From positions 1-45,128 of IMG/VR virus record IMGVR_UViG_3300030117_003909: a stretch of DNA of 45,128 bases; one strand, written 5' to 3'. Below the pieces are notes generated by a model. It was not told the DNA's origin and ran no database searches. It was given only the letters and a program-made list of their open reading frames with translations. The number at the start of each line of letters is the position of its first letter. The stretch's first letter is position 1. Source of the DNA: a virus. Lineage: Duplodnaviria > Caudoviricetes. A program made the position numbers and the translations under genes. Below, piece by piece: positions 24,840 through 33,996 of the stretch.

Positions 24840-25038
24840 CGGCCGCCAATCACAGGAGCGCCACCCGCGCGCGAAGGTCAGCGATGACGTCGTGCGCCAG
24901 GCGCGCGACCTGCGCGAGGTGCACGGGCTCACGTTCCGCCAGGTCGCCGCGCAGCTGGGGCAGCCATACGAGACCGTGCGGAAGTGGCTGCGCTACACGC
25001 GACGGCCGTATCTACGACAACAGGAGCGGCCGCAGTGA
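24832..25038 (+). CDS. Small HTH DNA-binding protein
   Basis: ERHPRAKVSDD.V..R..GLTFRQVAAQLGQPYETVRKWL. Confidence 0.7.
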   Translation: MADGRQSQERHPRAKVSDDVVRQARDLREVHGLTFRQVAAQLGQPYETVRKWLRYTRRPYLRQQERPQ

Positions 25039-25502
25039 GTCGCAAGTATGCAATGACAGTCAAAGAAGCAGCAGAGCTAGTGATCGCCCGCGTCGCGCGC
25101 GGCGTCCGCATCGACCACGCGTGCAAGAACGTCGGCGACTTCGGCGGCTTCACGAAGCTCAAGTTCCGCGCAGCGCTGCGCCGGCACCCCGAGCTACTCG
25201 ACGCCTACCGCCAGGCGCGCGAGGACTACGTGCGTGAGCAGGCCGACGAGGTCATCGCGCTCGCCGACGAACTGGAGTTCGCGACCGACGCGCTGCAGGT
25301 GCGCGCGATGGAAGCGCGCATCAAGGCCAGGCAGTGGGCAGCTGAGCGGCTGCTCGACGACTACCAGCCCAAGACCAAGACCGAGCACAGCGGCGCCGCG
25401 TCGCTGCAGGTCATCACCGGCGTGCCACGAGCGCCCGAGCAAGTGAAGGAGGCCGAGCATCGTGTGCTGCCCGAGCCCGACGACATCGAGGATCTGCTAT
25501 GA
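25035..25502 (+). CDS. terS: Terminase small subunit
   Basis: YRQARE..ADEVIALAD..RIKARQWAAERL..Y..EHSG pattern; GTGA start overlap with AGGAG RBS; upstream of TerL. Confidence 0.78.
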   Translation: MSRKYAMTVKEAAELVIARVARGVRIDHACKNVGDFGGFTKLKFRAALRRHPELLDAYRQAREDYVREQADEVIALADELEFATDALQVRAMEARIKARQWAAERLLDDYQPKTKTEHSGAASLQVITGVPRAPEQVKEAEHRVLPEPDDIEDLL

Positions 25503-25693
25503 GCTACACGTCCTGCAAGTTCTACAACCTGGCCGGCGACTACGTCGGCGACGCGCTGGTCGCCGACGAGGCCGACGTCGCCCTGGCCGGCGACAAGGCC
25601 TACATCCGCGCCACGGTCTACAACCCCGAGGAAGAGGGGCAGTTCGCCGAGGTCGAGGCCCCGCAGGTGTCCATGACCTACGTGCCGCAATGA
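25499..25693 (+). CDS. Small acidic hypothetical protein
   Basis: 64 aa, ATGA coupling on both sides. Confidence 0.65.
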   Translation: MSYTSCKFYNLAGDYVGDALVADEADVALAGDKAYIRATVYNPEEEGQFAEVEAPQVSMTYVPQ

Positions 25694-26010
25694 CCTACGA
25701 AGACACTCACTGCAAGCACGGCCACGAGTGGACCGAAGCAAACACCTACCACTACCTCGACAAGCACGGCCGGCATCGGCGCAAGTGTCGCGCGTGCACG
25801 CTGCGCCGGCTCGGCGAGAAGCGCCTAAACATCGGCAAGCTGCGTAAGGTGATGAGGGTGAACGAAGGCGGCGACAACCGCGAGAACGACGTGACCGAGT
25901 GCATGCGCGTGAACAAGCTGATCCACCTACAAGAGGAGCTTGACCGCGAGACGCGCACCTGGCTCCGTCCCGAGATACAAGCCGAGATAGACAAACTCAA
26001 ATGCGACTAA
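25690..26010 (+). CDS. Protein with a zinc-binding motif of the type found beside phage HNH nucleases
   Basis: THCKHGHEWTEANTY..RRKCRAC; ATG at 25690. Confidence 0.65.
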   Translation: MTYEDTHCKHGHEWTEANTYHYLDKHGRHRRKCRACTLRRLGEKRLNIGKLRKVMRVNEGGDNRENDVTECMRVNKLIHLQEELDRETRTWLRPEIQAEIDKLKCD

Positions 26011-27374
26011 CGATCCCCTACGAGCCGCGCGACTGGCAGCGCGAGGCGCACACGCGCATGCGACGCTTCAACGTGCTGGTCCTGCACCGGCGCGCGGGCA
26101 AGACCGAGCTAGCCATGATGGAGCTACTCGACCGCGCGATGACGTTCGCGCAGCCGCTGGGCGTGTTCGTCTACGTGGCGCCGCAGCTGAAGCAGGCGAA
26201 GGCGGTCGCGTGGGCCAGGCTCAAGCAGATCGTCGCACCGCTCGTGCAGACCGGGCACGTCACAATCAACGAGTCGGAACTGTCAATCTCGCTCAAGCAC
26301 AACGGCGCGCTGATCCGGCTGTTCGGCGCCGACAACCCCGACGCTCTCCGTGGTCTGCGTCTCGACTTCGCCGTGCTCGACGAAGTCGCGCAGATGAAGC
26401 CTGAGCTATGGTTCGAGGTCTGCCGGCCGGCGCTCGCAGACCGTGAAGGCGGCGCGCTGTTCATCGGCACCGTCAAGCGCGTTGACCTGTTCAGCCAGAT
26501 CTACCACGTCGGGCTCGAACGCATGAACAACGGCGACGACTGGTATGTCGGGCTCTGGACCTGCTACGAGACCGAAGGCCTGTCGGCCCGCGAAATCGAA
26601 GAGATGCGCGACACGATGTCTGAGCAAGCCTTTGCCCGTGAGATGCTCTGCGACTTCTCGGCGCAAGGCGACGACCAGCTGATCTCGTTGAACGACGTGC
26701 AGCTATCGGGCGCGCGCACCTACGCGCCCGGCGACCTGGCCGCGTCGCCGGTCGTGCTCGGCGTCGATGGCGCCCGGTTCGGCAACGACCGCTCGGTGAT
26801 CGTGCGGCGCAAGGGCCTGCAGATGTTCCAGCCAATCGTGATGCGGAACCTCGACAACATGCAGCTGGCCGCGCGCGTCACGCAAGAGATCGAGCAGCAC
26901 AAGCCGCACGCCGTGTTCGTTGACGCCGCAGACACGGGCGTGATCGATCGCCTGCGCCAGCTGCACTACTCGGTCACCGAGGTGCCGTTCGGCGGTAAGG
27001 CGGCCAAGGAGGAGCTCTACATCAACAAGCGCACCGAGATGTGGTTCAAGCTACGGGACTGGCTCGCCGCCGGCGGCGCGATCCACGACGAGCTAACGCT
27101 CAAGCAAGAGCTAGCTACGCCGGTCTACGAGTTCGACGCGCGCGGCCGCTACAAGCTAGAGTCTAAGGACGACATCCGCGCCCGCCTGCCAGAAGCCGGG
27201 TCGCCCGACATCGGTGACGCGCTGGCGCTTACGTTCGCTGCCGACCTGCCCCCGCCCAACGTCCACGTCGATTACGACCCGACGCACCCGTTCGCACCCC
27301 CGGTAGCGCAACGCCCGCGCAACGAAGGCCGTAGGGGTAGCTACCACCCGATGGAGCACTGGCGCAAGCGCTAA
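26001..27374 (+). CDS. terL: Terminase large subunit
   Basis: HRRAGKT, YVAP..QAK, GADNPDALRG, LDEVAQM, FIGT, LGVDGARFGND, SPDIGDALALTFA. Confidence 0.95.
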   Translation: MRLTIPYEPRDWQREAHTRMRRFNVLVLHRRAGKTELAMMELLDRAMTFAQPLGVFVYVAPQLKQAKAVAWARLKQIVAPLVQTGHVTINESELSISLKHNGALIRLFGADNPDALRGLRLDFAVLDEVAQMKPELWFEVCRPALADREGGALFIGTVKRVDLFSQIYHVGLERMNNGDDWYVGLWTCYETEGLSAREIEEMRDTMSEQAFAREMLCDFSAQGDDQLISLNDVQLSGARTYAPGDLAASPVVLGVDGARFGNDRSVIVRRKGLQMFQPIVMRNLDNMQLAARVTQEIEQHKPHAVFVDAADTGVIDRLRQLHYSVTEVPFGGKAAKEELYINKRTEMWFKLRDWLAAGGAIHDELTLKQELATPVYEFDARGRYKLESKDDIRARLPEAGSPDIGDALALTFAADLPPPNVHVDYDPTHPFAPPVAQRPRNEGRRGSYHPMEHWRKR

Positions 27375-27407
27375 GGGGCCCAGGGCTGACGCGCGCTGTG
27401 GCAGCCT
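27373..27407 (+). promoter_or_regulatory. Putative late-promoter motif, copy 1: AAGGGGCCCAGG-N14-TGGCAGCCT
   Basis: Same 12-mer and spacing as 32960-32994; an in-frame GTG follows at 27416. Confidence 0.45.
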
Positions 27408-27415
27408 GGGCCTCT

Positions 27416-27862
27416 GTGGATGTCCGTATCGACAAGCTAAGGTGTTGCGACATGCAAGAGGAGGGCGCCGCTCTCCTCGAAGCAAACGCCCTGGAGACAG
27501 GGCACCGCGAACTCAACATCGAGTGGGGTAGCTACTACCGCGCAGAAGCTCGGCACAACCTGCTGATGTTCGGTGCTTGGCATGACGATTGTCTCGTCGG
27601 CTACGTCCTTGGGTTCTACCTAGACACGCACCCACAGCATTCCGGTTGGTCTTACGTGCACGTCGACGCTTTGTTTGTGCACCCCGATTACCGGAGCACG
27701 TCTGCGTGCAGTCAGCTGATGTCGGCGATGAGCCGCGCGGCTAAAAGCACACGCGCACAGTCGGTGCTGTGGGCAGCTAAGGTCGACACCGGGTTCGAGC
27801 GCGCGCTCGACGGGCAAGACCGATTCAAGAAAGTCGAAACGATCTACGAGGAGCAACTCTAA
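27416..27862 (+). CDS. GNAT-family acetyltransferase
   Basis: LVGY, DALFVHPDYRS..L motif A; start uncertain (27398, 27416 or 27452). Confidence 0.78.
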   Translation: MDVRIDKLRCCDMQEEGAALLEANALETGHRELNIEWGSYYRAEARHNLLMFGAWHDDCLVGYVLGFYLDTHPQHSGWSYVHVDALFVHPDYRSTSACSQLMSAMSRAAKSTRAQSVLWAAKVDTGFERALDGQDRFKKVETIYEEQL

Positions 27863-28194
27863 TGGGTATCGGAGCAGGAACCGCGGCGCTTATCTCTGCC
27901 GCTGTCGGCGCAGCAACTGCAGGCACGTCAATGGTCTTGCAAAAGAAAGCGGCCGATGAAGCAGAAGGGCGGCGGCAAGACGACAAAGCCGCTGCAGAGT
28001 CAGCCATGATCTCGCAAAAGCGCGAAGACGCCATGACAGACGCAGCGGCCGAGCGCGACGAGTTTGACGCGGCCGCGTTGCTTGAAGCTGAGCAAGATCC
28101 GGCAGGCACGATGAACCGCACGCGTTTGAGCGGCGCCGGTGGCGTCGACCCAGAGCAAATGCGTCTAGGCACCGCAGCCTTGCTAGGAGAGTAA
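27862..28194 (+). CDS. Small virion/assembly protein preceding the portal (T7 gp7.3-like position)
   Basis: MG start with Gly/Ala-rich N-terminus; C-terminal T.L.G.GGV..L..LGTAALLG. Confidence 0.65.
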   Translation: MGIGAGTAALISAAVGAATAGTSMVLQKKAADEAEGRRQDDKAAAESAMISQKREDAMTDAAAERDEFDAAALLEAEQDPAGTMNRTRLSGAGGVDPEQMRLGTAALLGE

Positions 28195-28197
28195 TCT

Positions 28198-29892
28198 ATG
28201 GTCGCAGCCGCCGAGCAACGGAACAAGAGCGGGCAGACCCTGGTCCAGCAAATGCAGGATCGGTGGCACCGCCTCGACACCATCTTCAGTTCGTGGAAGA
28301 GCCACGGCCAAGAGATCTCGCGCAACTACTTGCCGTGGTCGGGTCGGTTCTGGGTCGAAGACCGGAACGAAGGCGGTATGCGGAACCAGGACATTATCGA
28401 CAACACGCCGCAGCGCGCGATCCAGATCCTGTCCGCGGGGTTGACCGCGGGCGCGAGCTCGCCGGCGCGGCCGTGGTTCCGCATGGGCGTGCGCGACCCT
28501 GAGCTCGCGCGCAAGCACGACATTCGCGTGTTCCTTGATGACGTTACAAACATCATCCTGCGGACGTTCTCTGGCTCTAACGTTTACCGAGCGCTGCAGC
28601 AGATCTATACGGACTGCCCGCTCTACGGCACGGCCGCGGCGATCCTCGTGCCGCACCCGACGCGCACCGTGCACATGCACGTCTTGCCGTTCGGCCAGTT
28701 CCGCGCGGCGTCAGGTCCTGACGGTGACGTGCAGACGCTTTACCGCGAGATGGAGATGTCGGTCGCGCAGGTCGTGCGCGAGTTCGGGATCGACAAGGTC
28801 AGCGAGCGAGTTCGCACGCTCGCGCACAACGGCGGTCAGGACGAGCCTGTCACCGTGCGCCACGCGATCGAGCCGCGCATGGACCGTGACTTCAGGGCAA
28901 GCGATAACCAGAACATGCCGTGGCGGTCGGTCTACTGGGAGGTCGCACAGCAGCCCGACAGCAGTAGCAAGGTGCTGCGCGAGTCTGGCTTTAACCGTTT
29001 CCCTGCGGTGGTTCCGCGCTGGTCGCTGATTCCTGGCGACGACTACGGCAGCGGACCCGGCATGAACGGGCTCGGCGACGTGATCCAGCTGCAGCAGGAG
29101 CAGTATCGCAAGAGTCAGATGATCGACTTTGCGTCTGACCCGGCGATGATCTTACCGTCGGACATGAAGAACCAGGAAGTCGACCTGGCGCCTGGCGGCA
29201 AGAACTACACCGACGCGACCGGCGCGAACCGGGGCGGCCCGCTGTGGCAGGTAGGTCAGCAGCTGCAACCGTTGCTGCTCGACATCCAAGACGTGCGGCA
29301 GCGCATTAACAGCTGCTGGTTCGCAGACATGTTCCTGATGATCGCGAACACCGATAAGAACATGACGGCAACTGAGGTTGCCGAGCGGCACGAAGAGAAA
29401 CTACTCATGCTCGGGCCGGCGCTCGAAAGACTGCACAATGAACTTTTAGAGCCGCTCGTCAACCTCACCTTTAACTACTTGCTTGAAGCTGGCGAGCTTC
29501 CGCCAATCCCTGAAGAGCTTGTCGGAGGTAATGTCGAAATCGAGTTTGTCTCGATGCTGGCGCAGACGCAGCGCGCGGTTGGCGCGAAGAGCATTGACCG
29601 GTTTATGGCGACGGCCGGCGCGGCCGCGCAGATGAAGCCGGAAATCCTTGACCGGCTAAACGCTGACGAGTTTGTCGAAGACTTGGCCGACCGGCTGGGC
29701 GTCCCGATCCGCATGCTTGTTTCGCGCGAAGACGCTGACGAGCTCCGCGAGGCGCGTAACCAAATGCAAGCTGCCCAGGCGCAAGCCGAGATGGGTCAGC
29801 AACAGGCCGGCGTCGCTAGTGAGCTTGCGAAAGCGCAGTCCATGGCTCCGGCGCCTCCCGAGCAACAGTTTACGCAGGTGGCAGGTAGCTGA
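28198..29892 (+). CDS. Portal (head-tail connector) protein, T7 gp8/Bbp21-like
   Basis: LSAGL..SSPARPWF, SNVY, YGSGPG, MTATEVAERHEEKLLMLGP.LERL..ELL.PL. Confidence 0.95.
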   Translation: MVAAAEQRNKSGQTLVQQMQDRWHRLDTIFSSWKSHGQEISRNYLPWSGRFWVEDRNEGGMRNQDIIDNTPQRAIQILSAGLTAGASSPARPWFRMGVRDPELARKHDIRVFLDDVTNIILRTFSGSNVYRALQQIYTDCPLYGTAAAILVPHPTRTVHMHVLPFGQFRAASGPDGDVQTLYREMEMSVAQVVREFGIDKVSERVRTLAHNGGQDEPVTVRHAIEPRMDRDFRASDNQNMPWRSVYWEVAQQPDSSSKVLRESGFNRFPAVVPRWSLIPGDDYGSGPGMNGLGDVIQLQQEQYRKSQMIDFASDPAMILPSDMKNQEVDLAPGGKNYTDATGANRGGPLWQVGQQLQPLLLDIQDVRQRINSCWFADMFLMIANTDKNMTATEVAERHEEKLLMLGPALERLHNELLEPLVNLTFNYLLEAGELPPIPEELVGGNVEIEFVSMLAQTQRAVGAKSIDRFMATAGAAAQMKPEILDRLNADEFVEDLADRLGVPIRMLVSREDADELREARNQMQAAQAQAEMGQQQAGVASELAKAQSMAPAPPEQQFTQVAGS

Positions 29893-31439
29893 TGAAACGT
29901 AACAGGGAAGGCAGCTTCGGTAGGCACCCACAGCCGAACGAAGGCCGCGGCGCTTCCCCTGTCGACCAGGCCGGCTCCTTGCCTATTGTCGGCCCAGAGC
30001 TTCGCCGGCACGTGCGACGGGCTGGGTTTGCTACTGAGCTTGGCGAACTGCAAGACGTCGATCTGACGACAGTAGAACCTACTGACGGCCAGGCCCTGGT
30101 CTACGACGCTACGAACGACGTCTGGGAGCCGGCCAACAACCTGGTCAGCGGTAGCCTGACCGGGCTTGGTCTCACCGCTACGGCTGCGCGTTTGATCGGC
30201 AACGCGCAATCGAGCCCGTCTTCGGGCGCCGTCGAAGAGATTCAGCTAGGCAACGGGCTGGCGTTCACCACAGGCCCGTCAACGCTAGGCGTCCCTAGCG
30301 GCGGCATTGGCACTACCCAGATTTCATCTGACGCGATCACCACCGACAAGATCAACGCGCAAGCAGTCACGGCAGCCAAGATCGCGAACACCACGATCAC
30401 GGCTACGCAGATCGCAAACACTACGATCACGGCTACGCAGATCGCGAACACCACGATCACGGCTACGCAGATCGCCGACAATACGATCACCAAGGTGAAA
30501 ATGACGGACTGCTCCGTCGACACCGACGAGCTCTGCGCCGACGCAGTCACCAGCGCCAAGATCGAAGACGACGCCGTGGCTAACGAGCACATCGCCGCTG
30601 ACGCGGTGCAGGCAACGCAGATCGCGGCGAACGCGGTAACTACTGCCAAGATTAACGCGGACGCGGTTACGTCGGCCAAGATCGCCGACGATGCGGTAGA
30701 CAGCGAGCACATCGCAGACAGCGCGGTGACCAGCGCATTGCTAGCGGATGGCGCAGTGACCACGGCCAAGATTACCGACGGGGCTGTGACCGCCGACAAG
30801 ATGGCGGCAACAACGATCACCAGTGGCAAGATTGCTTCGTCTGCTATCACGTCTACGCTGCTAGCAAGTTCCGCTGTCGAGACTGCGAAGATCGCTGACG
30901 ACGCGGTGACCGAGGCCAAGCTAGCCAACACGCATGTCCTGCGAGCAGACCGGCAAGTAGGCAACCCCTACGCCACGCTGAGCACCACGACGATCACGCA
31001 GTGGTATTCGTTTACGATCCCTGGCAACACACTGGCGACCCGCAACGTGCGCGTAGTAGCTCACGGCACGCTCAAGCAGAACAGCGGCAGCGGGCAAAAC
31101 TTTAGGGCCGTCGTGCGCTTGGGCGGCACCGACATCCACGAGGCGGCGGGCAGCATCTCAGACGACGCCGACGACGCGATCTGGCGCATGGAGCTCGAAC
31201 TGTCTTACCGGGCGTCGGGCGCTCAGTTCGTCAGCGGAACGTGGCGCGTGTCCGGCCAATACAACTCATCAGACGGCATCTCCAACATCTTTGGCATCAC
31301 CAAGGATGGTATCTGGGGTAACGACGCAATCGCTAAAACTGACAGCGGCGACCTAGCCTTGTCGTTCCACCAGAAGTGGGACACCTCGACAACCAACAGC
31401 GATTTCAAGGTCTACGCCGTGGCGGTGGAATATGTCTGA
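29892..31439 (+). CDS. Fibre-like structural protein with about 20 decapeptide repeats (V/I-T-x-x-K/Q-I-A-D/N) and a beta-rich tip
   Basis: L.ELQDVD..TDGQALVYD...W motif, repeat shaft at about 30310-30930, C-terminal beta domain. Confidence 0.75.
   Translation: MKRNREGSFGRHPQPNEGRGASPVDQAGSLPIVGPELRRHVRRAGFATELGELQDVDLTTVEPTDGQALVYDATNDVWEPANNLVSGSLTGLGLTATAARLIGNAQSSPSSGAVEEIQLGNGLAFTTGPSTLGVPSGGIGTTQISSDAITTDKINAQAVTAAKIANTTITATQIANTTITATQIANTTITATQIADNTITKVKMTDCSVDTDELCADAVTSAKIEDDAVANEHIAADAVQATQIAANAVTTAKINADAVTSAKIADDAVDSEHIADSAVTSALLADGAVTTAKITDGAVTADKMAATTITSGKIASSAITSTLLASSAVETAKIADDAVTEAKLANTHVLRADRQVGNPYATLSTTTITQWYSFTIPGNTLATRNVRVVAHGTLKQNSGSGQNFRAVVRLGGTDIHEAAGSISDDADDAIWRMELELSYRASGAQFVSGTWRVSGQYNSSDGISNIFGITKDGIWGNDAIAKTDSGDLALSFHQKWDTSTTNSDFKVYAVAVEYV
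30380..30490 (+). repeat. Near-perfect 30-bp tandem repeat (about 3.7 copies) encoding IANTTITATQ
   Basis: GATCGCGAACACCACGATCACGGCTACGCA repeated. Confidence 0.9.
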
Positions 31440-31674
31440 GGTCAACGGCAACGGCTGGGACGAATACCGGCGCTTGGTTATGGACAGCATCGACAGGCTT
31501 ACCGCCGAGATCCGTGAAGAGCGCAACAACTTCAAAGGCGAGATGCGAGAGCTTTACTCTCGACTGTTTGACATCGAGAAGAAAATAGCGTCGCTTGAAG
31601 TGCGCTGCGGCCTAGCGGGATTGCTAGGCGGTGCCATTCCGGTGACGGCAGCACTATTGACGAAATACCTATGA
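31432..31674 (+). CDS. Coiled-coil protein with C-terminal hydrophobic segment (XhlA/holin-like architecture)
   Basis: Heptad region followed by GLAGLLGGAIPVTAALL. Confidence 0.55.
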   Translation: MSEVNGNGWDEYRRLVMDSIDRLTAEIREERNNFKGEMRELYSRLFDIEKKIASLEVRCGLAGLLGGAIPVTAALLTKYL

Positions 31675-31681
31675 GCTAGCC

Positions 31682-32194
31682 ATGGCATCAGAGCATGACG
31701 ACTTCCCCGACAACAATTCGAGCAAGGGCCAAACGTTCATCGTGAAAGACGAACGTGCAGCTCTGAAGATGAAGCGCGAAGAGACCAAGGAGGCTCAAGC
31801 GCGCTACAAGGCAATCGTCGAACGCGAGCGAGCCGAGAAGAAGGCCGAGCGCGAAATGCGTCGCGAAGAGATCCAACTTGAGCTCGCCCGCATCAAGCTG
31901 AACACGTCAGCGACTGAGGCTGCGAGACTCAACCTTGCCAAGACGACGCCGTTTATCTTGTGCATTCTCATCGGCGGGTTCATCGTCATGCTTGGCACAG
32001 GCGCAATTCCCGACGAGTCGGTCTCTGTTGCATCAGCCCTGCTGACTCTCCTGGTCACAGGGTTAATGGCCAATCTCCGAAGTATTATTTCCGAGGGTAG
32101 CCCGCAAGATGAACCAAACGGCAACGGTCACGACCCGAAGCCAAAGCCGCCCGCCAAGAAACCAGACACCCCTAAACCCAAGGACACCAAATGA
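31682..32194 (+). CDS. Membrane protein (coiled coil plus two TM helices), possible holin
   Basis: PFILCILIGGFIVMLG and VASALLTLLVTGLMA; charged tail. Confidence 0.6.
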   Translation: MASEHDDFPDNNSSKGQTFIVKDERAALKMKREETKEAQARYKAIVERERAEKKAEREMRREEIQLELARIKLNTSATEAARLNLAKTTPFILCILIGGFIVMLGTGAIPDESVSVASALLTLLVTGLMANLRSIISEGSPQDEPNGNGHDPKPKPPAKKPDTPKPKDTK

Positions 32195-32421
32195 AGAAGT
32201 TCTGTGCCGTAGCAGCCCTCGCGCTGTTCTCAGGGTGCGAAGGCATCAGCGTTGCCGACGCATACGTCGAGGCTGACCGCCTCACCTACGACGCCATCGC
32301 TCCCCACTACCAGCAGTATCTGGAAGCGGACGAGAAGATCGGCGATGCAAACAAGGCGGCGCGTATCCGCCTGCTGAAGTCTTGGAAGATGCGTATCGAC
32401 GCGAACACGAAAGCAAAATGA
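32191..32421 (+). CDS. Small lipoprotein
   Basis: MKKFCAVAALALFSG-C lipobox; ATGA coupling. Confidence 0.7.
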   Translation: MKKFCAVAALALFSGCEGISVADAYVEADRLTYDAIAPHYQQYLEADEKIGDANKAARIRLLKSWKMRIDANTKAK

Positions 32422-32699
32422 GCGACATGACTCCCGACGTCTCTGCCTTGGTTGACACCCTCAAGGCACAGGTTACTGCTCCTGAGAAGCAGGAAATGCT
32501 TGAGGCGATTGCCGCCGACGGCGGGCGCCTAGCCATGCTGGCCCTTACGGACCCAGCAGCAGCCGAAGCCGAGGTGCTGGTCGTCAAAGCGACGGTCGCA
32601 AACCTGGGCCAAGCCGAAGCTGCCATGGCTGTCCAAGCTGTCACCGACTGGGTCACCGACACGGTTGGCCGGGTCATGTCTAAGGCACTACCTGTCTAG
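32418..32699 (+). CDS. Small helical hypothetical protein
   Basis: ATGA coupling at 32418. Confidence 0.65.
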   Translation: MSDMTPDVSALVDTLKAQVTAPEKQEMLEAIAADGGRLAMLALTDPAAAEAEVLVVKATVANLGQAEAAMAVQAVTDWVTDTVGRVMSKALPV

Positions 32700-32707
32700 G
32701 AGGAACC

Positions 32708-32827
32708 ATGCCATACAAGTCAAGCGATTACGGGCGCCGCAAGGCGCCAGCTAAGAAGGCCGGCGGCAGGAAGATGGGTAAGAAGGCGGTCAAGAAGACG
32801 GCAAAGAAGACGGCCAAGAAGCGATGA
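32708..32827 (+). CDS. 39-aa Lys-rich histone-H1-like microprotein (not in ORF track)
   Basis: MPYKSSDYGRRKAPAKKAGGRKMGKKAVKKTAKKTAKKR; AGGAGG RBS; ATGA coupling to the next ORF. Confidence 0.75.
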   Translation: MPYKSSDYGRRKAPAKKAGGRKMGKKAVKKTAKKTAKKR

Positions 32828-32991
32828 AATGCCTTTGCGGCACTGAGCTTACCTGGGGCGGAGACCACTCAGACGAGCACGACACCGAGTGGGCTTTTGA
32901 ATCCAACTACCACTGCCAGGCCTGCGGCCGGGCAGTGATGGTCTACCACCCGGCTAACGAAGGGGCCCAGGCAAACACGGAGCCGTGCTAG
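32824..32991 (+). CDS. 55-aa zinc-ribbon microprotein (not in ORF track)
   Basis: MKCLCGTELTWGGDH..SNYHCQACG..V.VY. Confidence 0.7.
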   Translation: MKCLCGTELTWGGDHSDEHDTEWAFESNYHCQACGRAVMVYHPANEGAQANTEPC

Positions 32992-32994
32992 CTT
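32960..32994 (+). promoter_or_regulatory. Putative late-promoter motif, copy 2: AAGGGGCCCAGG-N14-TGCTAGCTT
   Basis: Extended -10-like TGnTAGCTT, with a GTG start 7 nt later, upstream of the head genes. Confidence 0.5.
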
Positions 32995-33001
32995 CCGCCC
33001 C

Positions 33002-33304
33002 GTGCCTGGGCTGAAGACTAAGTCGCAAATCGAAACGGATCGCGCAATCGCTACTCAGCGAGGCCGCGCCCGTGCCGGTCTTGAAGACGAAGACTTCGTC
33101 AGGTTCATGCGCGCAGAGTGGGGTCGTCGCATCGTAGCGCGACTCCTCAAGCGCGGTCGCGACCGCTCCAAGAACTTCGATACGCACAGCTTGACGATGG
33201 CTCGTCATGTTGGCGTCGCGGACTTCGTGCAAGCGGAACTCGTCGATCGCATCTTTGAGCTCTGCCCCGAAACGTATGCCACCATGATACGGGAGAACCC
33301 GTGA
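33002..33304 (+). CDS. Bbp19-like head-module protein
   Basis: D..FM..EWGRRIV.RLL..F..M..G..PETY.TM..E, directly before the scaffold. Confidence 0.7.
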   Translation: MPGLKTKSQIETDRAIATQRGRARAGLEDEDFVRFMRAEWGRRIVARLLKRGRDRSKNFDTHSLTMARHVGVADFVQAELVDRIFELCPETYATMIRENP

Positions 33305-33987
33305 CCGAAACCCAAGAGACCGCCACCCCCGAGCTTCAAGAAGGGACGCCGGCTCCAGCAGAAACCCAAACCGAGGTGACCGAGCAGAGCTCAGTCAGTC
33401 TTGTCGAGGGCGAAGCTGACCAGCAGACGACCGACCAGTCGACGCCAGTTTCTGCAGAGCCTAGCTCTGAAGAACCGGCGCCCGTCGCCCCTGAAGGAGC
33501 ACCCGAAGTCTACGAGCAGTTTTCGACACCTGAAGGCGTCGACTCGTTAGACAAGGATGTCCTCGCTACTTTTGAGTCGACGGCCAAAGAACTGAACCTG
33601 CCACAAGACAAGGCTCAGTCTTTGATCGACTCTGTCGCCCCGCGCATTGCGGAGCGTCAGAAAGAGGCCCTCCAAGCACAGGTGCAAACCTGGGCGAACG
33701 AGGTGGCGTCCGATCCTGAGATCGGGAGGGACAAGCTCGAAGAAAGTGTCGGGCTTGCGCGCAAGGCATACCGCCTGGGAGCCTCTCCAGAACTGCAGTC
33801 GCTGCTAAAGGCGTCCGGCTTGGACGTTCACCCCGAGATGGTGCGGATGTTCCGCTACTTCGGGAATCGCTTAGGCGAGGACAAGGTCGTAACCGGCGGT
33901 GATTCGCCGCCGGCTAGCGCAGTAACAGGGGACGTCTTCAACGACCCTGGACCCACGATGGACCGCCTTTACGGCAAAAAGAAGTAG
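33301..33987 (+). CDS. Capsid scaffolding/assembly protein
   Basis: Acidic/Pro-rich N-terminus, APEVYE.F..PEG, AKELNLPQDKAQ.L, SGL..HPEMVR.F..G..L.ED, LYG; precedes the MCP. Confidence 0.85.
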   Translation: MTETQETATPELQEGTPAPAETQTEVTEQSSVSLVEGEADQQTTDQSTPVSAEPSSEEPAPVAPEGAPEVYEQFSTPEGVDSLDKDVLATFESTAKELNLPQDKAQSLIDSVAPRIAERQKEALQAQVQTWANEVASDPEIGRDKLEESVGLARKAYRLGASPELQSLLKASGLDVHPEMVRMFRYFGNRLGEDKVVTGGDSPPASAVTGDVFNDPGPTMDRLYGKKK

Positions 33988-33996
33988 TAAGCAGAT

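Noticed and set aside
29892-31439. DGR target (Mtd-like) fibre
   Set aside because: No reverse transcriptase and no template/variable repeat pair differing at adenines was seen
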